DNA of 64,000 nt from Eledone cirrhosa. Taxonomy: Eukaryota. The notes under the pieces were generated by a model. It saw only the letters and a program-made list of their open reading frames with translations, was not told the origin of the DNA and did not search any database. Below, one piece after another: positions 10,544 to 24,400 of this stretch. The stretch lies in contig OZ024741.1 in assembly GCA_964016885.1 (NCBI GenBank), positions 209,312,001-209,376,000 on the forward strand, written 5' to 3'. The translations under genes were made by a program, and so were the position numbers. The stretch's first letter is position 1, and every line of letters begins with the position of its first letter.

Positions 10544-13360
10544 AACCCTTGGTGGGATCGATCTGTAATTACTGGTACATGTGCAGACACTCATTGGCTG
10601 TGTGTGGCCTGATTTTCAGAAAGATATCTCCGTAAAATAACGAGTGGTGGCTGCGTAAAATAATGAATTACGCACGAAAATGAGAAAATTTCGATTCTCG
10701 ATCGTGGGCCGGCCGTATGTCGGATCGATTCGTAAATACAAGGATAATGTGCGGACACTCCTTGGCTGTGTGCGGCATGATTTTCAGGACGATATCTCCG
10801 TAAAATCAAGAGTTGATAACCCCAACTTAACTTAACCCCAACTTAACTTAACCGCAACTTAACTTAACCGCAACCTAACTTAACCCCAACTTAACTTAAC
10901 CGCAACCTAACTTAACCCCAACTTAACTTAACCGCAACTTAACTTAACCCCAACCTAACTTAACCCCAACTTAACTTAACCGCAACTTAACTTAACCGCA
11001 ACCTAACTTAACCCCAACTTAACTTAACCGCAACTTAACTTAACCGCAACTTAGCTTAACCCCAACCCTTGGTGGGATCGATCTGTAATTACTGGTACAT
11101 GTGCAGACACTCATTGGCTGTGTGTGGCCTGATTTTCAGAAAGATATCTCCGTAAAATAACGAGTGGTGGATGTGTAAAATAATGAATTACGCACGAAAA
11201 TGAGAAAATTTCGATTCTCGATCGTGGGCCGGCCGGATGTCGCATCGATTCGTAAATAGAAGGATAATGTGCGGACACTCCTTGGCTGTGTGCGGCATGA
11301 TTTTCAGGACGATATTTCCGTAAAATCAAGAGTTGATAACCCCAACTTAACTTAACCCCAACTTAACTTAACCCCAACTTAACTTAACCGCAACCTAACT
11401 TAACCCCAACTTAACTTAACCCCAACCTAACTTAACCCCAACTTAACTTAACCGCAACTTAACTTAACCGCAACCTAACTTAACCCCAACTTAACTTAAC
11501 CGCAACTTAACTTAACCGCAACTTAGCTTAACCCCAACCCTTGGTGGGATCGATCTGTAATTACTGGTACATGTGCAGACACTCATTGGCTGTGTGTGGC
11601 CTGATTTTCAGAAAGATATCTCCGTAAAATAACGAGTGGTGGCTGCGTAAAATAATGAATTACGCACGAAAATGAGAAAATTTCGATTCTCGATCGTGGG
11701 CCGGCCGGATGTCGGATCGATTCGTAAATACAAGGATAATGTGCGGACACTCCTTGGCTGTGTGCGGCATGATTTTCAGGACGATATCTCCGTAAAATCA
11801 AGAGTTGATAACCCCAACTTAACTTAACCCCAACTTAACTTAACCGCAACTTAACTTAACCGCAACCTAACTTAACCCCAACTTAACTTAACCGCAACCT
11901 AACTTAACCCCAACTTAACTTAACCGCAACTTAACTTAACCCCAACCTAACTTAACCCCAACTTAACTTAACCGCAACTTAACTTAACCGCAACCTAACT
12001 TAACCCCAACTTAACTTAACCGCAACTTAACTTAACCGCAACTTAGCTTAACCCCAACCCTTGGTGGGATCGATCTGTAATTACTGGTATATGTGCAGAC
12101 ACTCATTGGCTGTGTGTGGCCTGATTTTCAGAAAGATATCTCCGTAAAATAACGAGTGGTGGCTGCGTAAAATAATGAATTACGCACGAAAATGAGAAAA
12201 TTTCGATTCTCGATCGTGGGCCGGCCGGATGTCGGATCGATTCGTAAATACAAGGATAATGTGCGGACACTCCTTGGCTGTGTGCGGCATGATTTTCAGG
12301 ACGATATCTCCGTAAAATCAAGAGTTGATAACCCCAACTTAACTTAACCTCAACTTAACTTAACCGCAACTTAACTTAACCGCAACCTAACTTAACCCCA
12401 ACTTAACTTAACCGCAACCTAACTTAACCCCAACTTAACTTAACCGCAACTTAACTTAACCCCAACCTAACTTAACTCCAACTTAACTTAACCGCAACTT
12501 AACTTAACCGCAACCTAACTTAACCCCAACTTAATTTAACCGCAACTTAACTTAACCGCAACTTAGCTTAACCCCAACCCTTGGTGGGATCGATCTGTAA
12601 TTACTGGTACATGTGCAGACACTCATTGGCTGTGTGTGGCTTGATTTTCAGAAAGATATCTCCGTAAAATAACGAGTGGTCGCTGCGTAAAATAATGAAT
12701 TACGCACGAAAATGAGAAAATTTCGATTCTCGATCGTCGGCCGGCCGGATGTCGGATCGATTCGTAAATACAAGGATAATGTGCGGACACTCCTTGGCTA
12801 TGTGCGGCATGATTTTCAGGACGATATCTCCGTAAAATCAAGAGTTGATAACCCCAACTTAACTTAACCCCAACTGAACTTAACCGCAACTTAACTCAAC
12901 CCCAACTTAACTTAACCGCAACCTAACTTAACCCCAACTTAACTTAACCGCAACTTAACTTAACCCCAACCTAACTTAACCCCAACTTAACTTAACCGCA
13001 ACTTAACTTAACCGCAACCTAACTTAACCCCAACTTAACTTAACCGCAACTTAACTTAACCGCAACTTAGCTTAACCCCAACCCTTGGTGGGATCGATCT
13101 GTAATTACTGGTACATGTGCAGACAATCATTGGCTGTGTGTGGCCTGATTTTCAGAAAGATATCTCCGTAAAATAACGAGTGGTGGCTGCGTAAAATAAT
13201 GAATTACGCACGAAAATGAGAAAATTTCGATTCTCGATCGTGGGCCGGCCGGATGTCGGATCGATTCGTAAATACAAGGATAATGTGCGGACACTCCTTG
13301 GCTGTGTGCGGCATGATTTTCAGGACGATATCTCCGTAAAATCAAGAGTTGATATCCCCA
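10544..13360 (+). repeat. Block of ~6 monomers duplicated at ~24050-26866 (offset 13506); partial third copy from ~58317
   Basis: Same ordered markers GGCCGTATG, GGATGTGTAA, 472 bp monomer, GGTATATG, GGCTTGATT/GGCTATGTG, GATATCCCC. ORF pairs 10591/24097, 11111/24617, 12623/26129, 13127/26633. Confidence 0.9.
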
Positions 13361-16300
13361 ACTTAACTTAACCCCAACTTAACTTAACCGCAACTTAACT
13401 TAACCGCAACCTAACTTAACCCCAACTTAACTTAACCGCAACCTAACTTAACCCCAACTTAACTTAACCGCAACTTAACTTAACCGCAACTTAGCTTAAC
13501 CCCAACCCTTGGTGGGATCGATCTGTAATTACTGGTACATGTGCAGACACTCATTGGCTGTGTGTGGCCTGATTTTCAGATAGATATCTCCGTAAAATAA
13601 CGAGTGGTGGCTGCGTAAAATAATGAATTACGCACGAAAATGAGAAAATTTCGATTCTCGATCGTGGGCCGGCCGGATGTCGGATCGATTCGTAAATACA
13701 AGGATAATGTGCGGACACTCCTTGGCTGTGTGCGGCATGATTTTCAGGACGATATCTCCGTAAAATCAAGAGTTGATAACCCCAACTTAACTTAACCCCA
13801 ACTTAACTTAACCGCAACTTAACTTAACCGCAACTTAACTTAACCGCAACCTAACTTAACCCCAACTTAACTTAACCGCAACCTAACTTAACCCCAACTT
13901 AACTTAACCCCAACCTAACTTAACCCCAACTTAACTTAACCGCAACTTAACTTAACCGCAACCTAACTTAACCCCAACTTAACTTAACCGCAACTTAACT
14001 TAACCGCAACTTAGCTTAACCCCAACCCTTAGTGGGATCGATCTGTAATTACTGGTACATGTGCAGACACTCATTGGCTGTGTGTGGCCTGATTTTCAGA
14101 AAGATATCTCCGTAAAATAACGAGTGGTGGCTGCGTAAAATAATGAATTACGCACGAAAATGAGAAAATTTCGATTCTCGATCGTGGGCCGGCTGGTTGT
14201 CGGATCGATTCGTATTCGTAAATACAAGGATAATGTGCGGACACTCCTTGGCTGTGTGCGGCATGATTTTCAGGACGATATCTCCGTAAAATCAAGAGTT
14301 GATAACCCCAACTTAACTTAACCCCAACTTAACTTAACCGCAACTTAACTTAACCGCAACCTAACTTAACCCCAACTTAACTTAACCGCAACCTAACTTA
14401 ACCCCAACTTAACTTAACCGCAACTTAACTTAACCCCAACCTAACTTAACCCCAACTTAACTTAACCGCAACTTAACTTAACCGCAACCTAACTTAACCC
14501 TAACTTAACTTAACCGCAACTTAACTTAACCGCAACTTAGCTTAACCCCAACCCTTGGTGGGATCGATCTGTAATTACTGGTACATGTGCAGACCCTCAT
14601 TGGCTGTGTGTGGCCTGATTTTCAGATAGATATCTCCGTAAAATAACGAGTGGTGGCTGCGTAAAATAATGAATTACGCACGAAAATGAGAAAATTTCGA
14701 TTCTCGATCGTGGGCCGGCCGGATGTCGGATCGATTCGTAAATACAAGGATAATGTGCGGACACTCCTTGGCTGTGTGCGGCATGATTTTCAGGACGATA
14801 TCTCCGTAAAATCAAGAGTTGATAACCCCAACTTAACTTAACCCCAACTTAACTTAACCGCAACTTAACTTAACCGCAACCTAACTTAACCCCAACTTAA
14901 CTTAACCGCAACCTAACTTAACCCCAACTTAACTTAACCGCAACTTAACTTAACCCCAACCTAACTTAACCCCAACTTAACTTAACCGCAACTTAACTTA
15001 ACCGCAACCTAACTTAACCCCAACTTAACTTAACCGCAACTTAACTTAACCGCAACTTAGCTTAACCCCAACCCTTGGTGGGATCGATCTGTAATTACTG
15101 GTACATGTGCAGACACTCATTGGCTGTGTGTGGCCTGATTTTCAGAAAGATATCTCCGTAAAATAACGAGTGGTGGCTGCGTAAAATAATGAATTACGCA
15201 CGAAAATGAGAAAATTTCGATTCTCGATCGTGGGCCGGCCGGATGTCGGATCGATTCGTAAATACAAGGATAATGTGCGGACACTCCTTGCCTGTGTGCC
15301 GCATGATTTTCAGGACGATATCTCCGTAAAATCAAGAGTTGATAACCCCAACTTAACTTAACCCCAACTTAACTTAACCGCAACTTAACTTAACCGCAAC
15401 CTAACTTAACCCCAACTTAACTTAACCGCAACCTAACTTAACCCCAACTTAACTTAACCGCAACTTAACTTAACCCCAACCTAACTTAACCCCAACTTAA
15501 CTTAACCGCAACTTAACTTAACCGCAACCTAACTTAACCCCAACTTAACTTAACCGCAACTTAACTTAACCGCAACTTAGCTTAACCCCAACCCTTGGTG
15601 GGATCGATCTGTAATTACTGGTACCTGTGCAGACACTCATTGGCTGTGTGTGGCCTGATTTTCAGATAGATATCTCCGTAAAATAACGAGTGGTGGCTGC
15701 GTAAAATAATGAATTACGCACGAAAATGAGAAAATTTCGATTCTCGATCGTGGGCCGGCCGGATGTCGGATCGATTCGTAAATACAAGGATAATGTGCGG
15801 ACACTCCTTTGCTGTGTGCGGCATGATTTTCAGGACGATATCTCCGTAAAATCAAGAGTTGATAACCCCAACTTAACTTAACCCCAACTTAACTTAACCG
15901 CAACTTAACTTAACCGCAACCTAACTTAACCCCAACTTAACTTAACCGCAACCTAACTTAACCCCAACTTAACTTAACCGCAACTTAACTTAACCCCAAC
16001 CTAACTTAACCCCAACTTAACTTAACCGCAACTTAACTTAACCGCAACCTAACTTAACCCCAACTTAACTTAACCGCAACTTAACTTAACCGCAACTTAG
16101 CTTAACCCCAACCCTTGGTGGGATCGATCTGTAATTACTGGTACATGTGCAGACACTCATTGGCTGTGTGTGGCCTGATTTTCAGAAAGATATCTCCGTA
16201 AAATAACGAGTGGTGGCTGCGTAAAATAATGAATTACGCACGAAAATGAGAAAATTTCGATTCTCGATCGTGGGCCGGCCGGATGTCGGATCGATTCGTA

Positions 16301-16613
16301 AATACAAGGATAATGTGCGGACACTCCTTGGCTATGTGCGGCATGATTTTCAGGACGATATCTCCGTAAAATCAAGAGTTGATAACCCCAACTTAACTTA
16401 ACCCCAACTGAACTTAACCGCAACTTAACTCAACCCCAACTTAACTTAACCGCAACCTAACTTAACCCCAACTTAACTTAACCGCAACTTAACTTAACCC
16501 CAACCTAACTTAACCCCAACTTAACTTAACCGCAACTTAACTTAACCGCAACCTAACTTAACCCCAACTTAACTTAACCGCAACTTAACTTAACCGCAAC
16601 TTAGCTTAACCCC

Positions 16614-19600
16614 AACCCTTGGTGGGATCGATCTGTAATTACTGGTACATGTGCAGACACTCATTGGCTGTGTGTGGCCTGATTTTCAGATAGATATCTC
16701 CGTAAAATAACGAGTGGTGGCTGCGTAAAATAATGAATTACGCACGAAAATGAGAAAATTTCGATTCTCGATCGTGGGCCGGCCGGATGTCGGATCGATT
16801 CGTAAATACAAGGATAATGTGCGGACACTCCTTGGCTGTGTGCGGCATGATTTTCAGGACGATATCTCCGTAAAATCAAGAGTTGATAACCCCAACTTAA
16901 CTTAACCCCAACTTAACTTAACCGCAACTTAACTTAACCGCAACTTAACTTAACCGCAACCTAACTTAACCCCAACTTAACTTAACCGCAACCTAACTTA
17001 ACCCCAACTTAACTTAACCCCAACCTAACTTAACCCCAACTTAACTTAACCGCAACTTAACTTAACCGCAACCTAACTTAACCCCAACTTAACTTAACCG
17101 CAACTTAACTTAACCGCAACTTAGCTTAACCCCAACCCTTAGTGGGATCGATCTGTAATTACTGGTACATGTGCAGACACTCATTGGCTGTGTGTGGCCT
17201 GATTTTCAGAAAGATATCTCCGTAAAATAACGAGTGGTGGCTGCGTAAAATAATGAATTACGCACGAAAATGAGAAAATTTCGATTCTCGATCGTGGGCC
17301 GGCTGGTTGTCGGATCGATTCGTATTCGTAAATACAAGGATAATGTGCGGACACTCCTTGCCTGTGTGCCGCATGATTTTCAGGACGATATCTCCGTAAA
17401 ATCAAGAGTTGATAACCCCAACTTAACTTAACCCCAACTTAACTTAACCCCAACTTAACTTAACCCCAACTTAACTTAACCGCAACTTAACTTAACAGCA
17501 ACCTAACTTAACCCCAACTTAACTTAACCGCAACCTAACTTAACCACAACTTAACTTAACCGCAACTTAACTTAACCGCAACCTAACTTAACCCCAACTT
17601 AACTTAACCGCAACCTAACTTAACCCCAACTTAGCTTAACCGCAACTTAACTTAACCCCAACCTAACTTAACCCCAACTTAACTTAACCGCAACTTAACT
17701 TAACCGCAACCTAACTTAACCCCAACTTAACTTAACCGCAACTTAACTTAACCGCAACTTAGCTTAACCCCAACCCTTGGTGGGATCGATCTGTAATTAC
17801 TGGTACATGTGCAGACACTCATTGGCTGTGTGTGGCCTGATTTTCAGAAAGATATCTCCGTAAAATAACGAGTGGTGGCTGCGTAAAATAATGAATTACG
17901 CACGAAAATGAGAAAATTTCGATTCTCGATCGTGGGCCGGCCGGATGTCGGATCGATTCGTAAATACAAGGATAATGTGCGGACACTCCTTGGCTGTGTG
18001 CGGCATGATTTTCAGGACGATATCTCCGTAAAATCAAGAGTTGATAACCCCAACTTAACTTAACCCCAACTTAACTTAACCGCAACTTAACTTAACCGCA
18101 ACCTAACTTAACCCCAACTTAACTTAACCGCAACCTAACTTAACCCCAACTTAACTTAACCGCAACTTAACTTAACCCCAACCTAACTTAACCCCAACTT
18201 AACTTAACCGCAACTTAACTTAACCGCAACCTAACTTAACCCTAACTTAACTTAACCGCAACTTAACTTAACCGCAACTTAGCTTAACCCCAACCCTTGG
18301 TGGGATCGATCTGTAATTACGGGTACATGTGCAGACACTCATTGGCTGTGTGTGGCCTGATTTTCAGAAAGATATCTCCGTAAAATAACGAGTGGTGGCT
18401 GCGTAAATTAATGAATTACGCACGAAAATGAGAAAATTTCGATTCTCGATCGTGGGCCGGCCGGATGTCGGATCGATTCGTAAATACAAGGATAATGTGC
18501 GGACACTCCTTGCCTGTGTGCCGCATGATTTTCAGGACGATATCTCCGTAAAATCAAGAGTTGATAACCCCAACTTAACTTAACCCCAACTTAACTTAAC
18601 CGCAACTTAACTTAACCGCAACCTAACTTAACCCCAACTTAACTTAACCGCAACCTAACTTAACCCCAACTTAACTTAACCGCAACTTAACTTAACCCCA
18701 ACCTAACTTAACCCCAACTTAACTTAACCGCAACTTAACTTAACCGCAACCTAACTTAACCCCAACTTAACTTAACCGCAACTTAACTTAACCGCAACTT
18801 AGCTTAACCCCAACCCTTGGTGGGATCGATCTGTAATTACTGGTACATGTGCAGACACTCATTGGCTGTGTGTGGCCTGATTTTCAGATAGATATCTCCG
18901 TAAAATAACGAGTGGTGGCTGCGTAAAATAATGAATTACGCACGAAAATGAGAAAATTTCGATTCTCGATCGTGGGCCGGCCGGATGTCGGATCGATTCG
19001 TAAATACAAGGATAATGTGCGGACACTCCTTGGCTGTGTGCGGCATGATTTTCAGGACGATATCTCCGTAAAATCAAGAGTTGATAACCCCAACTTAACT
19101 TAACCCCAACTTAACTTAACCGCAACTTAACTTAACCGCAACCTAACTTAACCCCAACTTAACTTAACCGCAACCTAACTTAACCCCAACTTAACTTAAC
19201 CGCAACTTAACTTAACCCCAACCTAACTTAACCCCAACTTAACTTAACCGCAACTTAACTTAACCGCAACCTAACTTAACCCCAACTTAACTTAACCGCA
19301 ACTTAACTTAACCGCAACTTAGCTTAACCCCAACCCTTGGTGGGATCGATCTGTAATTACTGGTACATGTGCAGACACTCATTGGCTGTGTGTGGCCTGA
19401 TTTTCAGAAAGATATCTCCGTAAAATAACGAGTGGTGGCTGCGTAAAATAATGAATTACGCACGAAAATGAGAAAATTTCTATTCTCGATCGTGGGCCGG
19501 CCGGATGTCGGATCGATTCGTAAATACAAGGATAATGTGCGGACACTCCTTGCCTGTGTGCCGCATGATTTTCAGGACGATATCTCCGTAAAATCAAGAG

Positions 19601-21433
19601 TTGATAACCCCAACTTAACTTAACCCCAACTTAACTTAACCGCAACTTAACTTAACCGCAACCTAACTTAACCCAAACTTAACTTAACCGCAACCTAACT
19701 TAACCCCAACTTAACTTAACCGCAACTTAACTTAACCCCAACCTAACTTAACCCCAACTTAACTTAACCGCAACTTAACTTAACCGCAACCTAACTTAAC
19801 CCCAACTTAACTTAACCGCAACTTAACTTAACCGCAACTTAGCTTAACCCCAACCCTTGGTGGGATCGATCTGTAATTACTGGTACATGTGCAGACACTC
19901 ATTGGCTGTGTGTGGCCTGATTTTCAGAAAGATATCTCCGTAAAATAACGAGTGGTGGCTGCGTAAAATAATGAATTACGCACGAAAATGAGAAAATTTC
20001 GATTCTCGATCGTGGGCCGGCCGGATGTCGGATCGATTCGTAAATACAAGGATAATGTGCGGACACTCCTTGGCTGTGTGCGGCATGATTTTCAGGACGA
20101 TATCTCCGTAAAATCAAGAGTTGATAACCCCAACTTAACTTAACCCCAACTTAACTTAACCGCAACTTAACTTAACCGCAACCTAACTTAACCCCAACTT
20201 AACTTAACCGCAACCTAACTTAACCCCAACTTAACTTAACCGCAACTTAACTTAACCGCAACCTAACTTAACCCCAACTTAACTTAACCGCAACTTAACT
20301 TAACCGCAACTTAGCTTAACCCCAACTTAACTTAACCGCAACTTAACTTAACCGCAACTTAGCTTAACCCCAACCCTTAGTGGGATCGATCTGTAATTAC
20401 TGGTACATGTGCAGACACTCATTGGCTGTGTGTGGCCTGATTTTCAGAAAGATATCTCCGTAAAATAACGAGTGGTGGCTGCGTAAAATAATGAATTACG
20501 CACGAAAATGAGAAAATTTCGATTCTCGATCGTGGGCCGGCTGGTTGTCGGATCGATTCGTATTCGTAAATACAAGGATAATGTGCGGACACTCCTTGCC
20601 TGTGTGCCGCATGATTTTCAGGACGATATCTCCGTAAAATCAAGAGTTGATAACCCCAACTTAACTTAACCCCAACTTAACTTAACCCCAACTTAACTTA
20701 ACCCCAACTTAACTTAACCGCAACTTAACTTAACCGCAACCTAACTTAACCCCAACTTAACTTAACCGCAACCTAACTTAACCACAACTTAACTTAACCG
20801 CAACTTAACTTAACCCCAACCTAACTTAACCCCAACTTAACTTAACCGCAACTTAACTTAACCGCAACCTAACTTAACCCCAACTTAACTTAACCGCAAC
20901 TTAGCTTAACCCCAACCCTTGGTGGGATCGATCTGTAATTACTGGTACATGTGCAGACACTCATTGGCTGTGTGTGGCCTGATTTTCAGAAAGATATCTC
21001 CGTAAAATAACGAGTGGTGGCTGCGTAAAATAATGAATTACGCACGAAAATGAGAAAATTTCGATTCTCGATCGTGGGCCGGCCGGATGTCGGATCGATT
21101 CGTAAATACAAGGATAATGTGCGGACACTCCTTGCCTGTGTGCCGCATGATTTTCAGGACGATATCTCCGTAAAATCAAGAGTTGATAACCCCAACTTAA
21201 CTTAACCCCAACTTAACTTAACCGCAACTTAACTTAACCGCAACCTAACTTAACCCCAACTTAACTTAACCGCAACCTAACTTAACCGCAACTTAACTTA
21301 ACCGCAACTTAACTTAACCCCAACCTAACTTAACCCCAACTTAACTTAACCGCAACTTAACTTAACCGCAACCTAACTTAACCCCAACTTAACTTAACCG
21401 CAACTTAACTTAACCGCAACTTAGCTTAACCCC
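16614..21433 (+). repeat. Nine-monomer block duplicated at ~29176-33995 (offset 12562)
   Basis: ORF pairs 16661/29223, 17181/29743, 17819/30381, 20419/32981, 20961/33523. Shared markers AACAGC, GCGTAAATTAATG, TTTCTATTCTC and the rare unit AACCTAACTTAACCGC. Confidence 0.9.
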
Positions 21434-24400
21434 AACCCTTGGTGGGATCGATCTGTAATTACTGGTACATGTGCAGACACTCATTGGCTGTGTGTGGCCT
21501 GATTTTCAGATAGATATCTCCGTAAAATAACGAGTGGTGGCTGCGTAAAATAATGAATTACGCACGAAAATGAGAAAATTTCGATTCTCGATCGTGGGCC
21601 GGCCGGATGTCGGATCGATTCGTAAATACAAGGAAAATGTGCGGACACTCCTTGGCTGTGTGCGGCATGATTTTCAGGACGATATCTCCGTAAAATCAAG
21701 AGTTGATAACCCCAACTTAACTTAACCCCAACTTAACTTAACCGCAACTTAACTTAACCGCAACCTAACTTAACCCCAACTTAACTTAACCGCAACCTAA
21801 CTTAACCCCAACTTAACTTAACCGCAACTTAACTTAACCCCAACCTAACTTAACCCCAACTTAACTTAACCGCAACTTAACTTAACCGCAACCTAACTTA
21901 ACCCCAACTTAACTTAACCGCAACTTAACTTAACCGCAACTTAGCTTAACCCCAACCCTTGGTGGGATCGATCTGTAATTACTGGTACATGTGCAGACAC
22001 TCATTGGCTGTGTGTGGCCTGATTTTCAGATAGATATCTCCGTAAAATAACGAGTGGTGGCTGCGTAAAATAATGAATTACGCACGAAAATGAGAAAATT
22101 TCGATTCTCGATCGTGGGCCGGCCGGATGTCGGATCGATTCGTAAATACAAGGATAATGTGCGGACACTCCTTGGCTGTGTGCGGCATGATTTTCAGGAC
22201 GATATCTCCGTAAAATCAAGAGTTGATAACCCCAACTTAACTTAACCCCAACTTAACTTAACCGCAACTTAACTTAACCGCAACTTAACTTAACCGCAAC
22301 CTAACTTAACCCCAACTTAACTTAACCGCAACCTAACTTAACCCCAACTTAACTTAACCCCAACCTAACTTAACCCCAACTTAACTTAACCGCAACTTAA
22401 CTTAACCGCAACCTAACTTAACCCCAACTTAACTTAACCGCAACTTAACTTAACCGCAACTTAGCTTAACCCCAACCCTTAGTGGGATCGATCTGTAATT
22501 ACTGGTACATGTGCAGACACTCATTGGCTGTGTGTGGCCTGATTTTCAGAAAGATATCTCCGTAAAATAACGAGTGGTGGCTGCGTAAAATAATGAATTA
22601 CGCACGAAAATGAGAAAATTTCGATTCTCGATCGTGGGCCGGCTGGTTGTCCGATCGATTCGTAAATACAAGGATAATGTGCGGACACTCCTTGCCTGTG
22701 TGCCGCATGATTTTCAGGACGATATCTCCGTAAAATCAAGAGTTGATAACCCCAACTTAACTTAACCCCAACTTAACTTAACCGCAACTTAACTTAACCG
22801 CAACCTAACTTAACCCCAACTTAACTTAACCGCAACCTAAATTAACCCCAACTTAACTTAACCGCAACTTAACTTAACCCCAACCTAACTTAACCCCAAC
22901 TTAACTTAACCGCAACTTAACTTAACCGCAACCTAACTTAACCCCAACTTAACTTAACCCCAACTTAACTTAACCGCAACTTAACTTAACCGCAACTTAG
23001 CTTAACCCCAACCCTTGGTGGGATCGATCTGTAATTACTGGTACATGTGCAGACACTCATTGGCTGTGTGTGGCCTGATTTTCAGATAGATATCTCCGTA
23101 AAATAACGAGTGGTGGCTGCGTAAAATAATGAATTACGCACGAAAATGAGAAAATTTCGATTCTCGATCGTGGGCCGGCCGGATGTCGGATCGATTCGTA
23201 AATACAAGGATAATGTGCGGACACTCCTTGGCTGTGTGCGGCATGATTTTCAGGACGATATCTCCGTAAAATCAAGAGTTGATAACCCCAACTTAACTTA
23301 ACCCCAACTTAACTTAACCGCAACTTAACTTAACCGCAACTTAACTTAACCGCAACCTAACTTAACCCCAACTTAACTTAACCGCAACCTAACTTAACCC
23401 CAACTTAACTTAACCCCAACCTAACTTAACCCCAACTTAACTTAACCGCAACTTAACTTAACCGCAACCTAACTTAACCCCAACTTAACTTAACCGCAAC
23501 TTAACTTAACCGCAACTTAGCTTAACCCCAACCCTTAGTGGGATCGATCTGTAATTACTGGTACATGTGCAGACACTCATTGGCTGTGTGTGGCCTGATT
23601 TTCAGAAAGATATCTCCGTAAAATAACGAGTGGTGGCTGCGTAAAATAATGAATTACGCACGAAAATGAGAAAATTTCGATTCTCGATCGTGGGCCGGCT
23701 GGTTGTCCGATCGATTCGTAAATACAAGGATAATGTGCGGACACTCCTTGCCTGTGTGCCGCATGATTTTCAGGACGATATCTCCGTAAAATCAAGAGTT
23801 GATAACCCCAACTTAACTTAACCCCAACTTAACTTAACCGCAACTTAACTTAACCGCAACCTAACTTAACCCCAACTTAACTTAACCGCAACCTAACTTA
23901 ACCCCAACTTAACTTAACCGCAACTTAACTTAACCCCAACCTAACTTAACCCCAACTTAACTTAACCGCAACTTAACTTAACCGCAACCTAACTTAACCC
24001 CAACTTAACTTAACCGCAACTTAACTTAACCGCAACTTAGCTTAACCCCAACCCTTGGTGGGATCGATCTGTAATTACTGGTACATGTGCAGACACTCAT
24101 TGGCTGTGTGTGGCCTGATTTTCAGAAAGATATCTCCGTAAAATAACGAGTGGTGGCTGCGTAAAATAATGAATTACGCACGAAAATGAGAAAATTTCGA
24201 TTCTCGATCGTGGGCCGGCCGTATGTCGGATCGATTCGTAAATACAAGGATAATGTGCGGACACTCCTTGGCTGTGTGCGGCATGATTTTCAGGACGATA
24301 TCTCCGTAAAATCAAGAGTTGATAACCCCAACTTAACTTAACCCCAACTTAACTTAACCGCAACTTAACTTAACCGCAACCTAACTTAACCCCAACTTAA

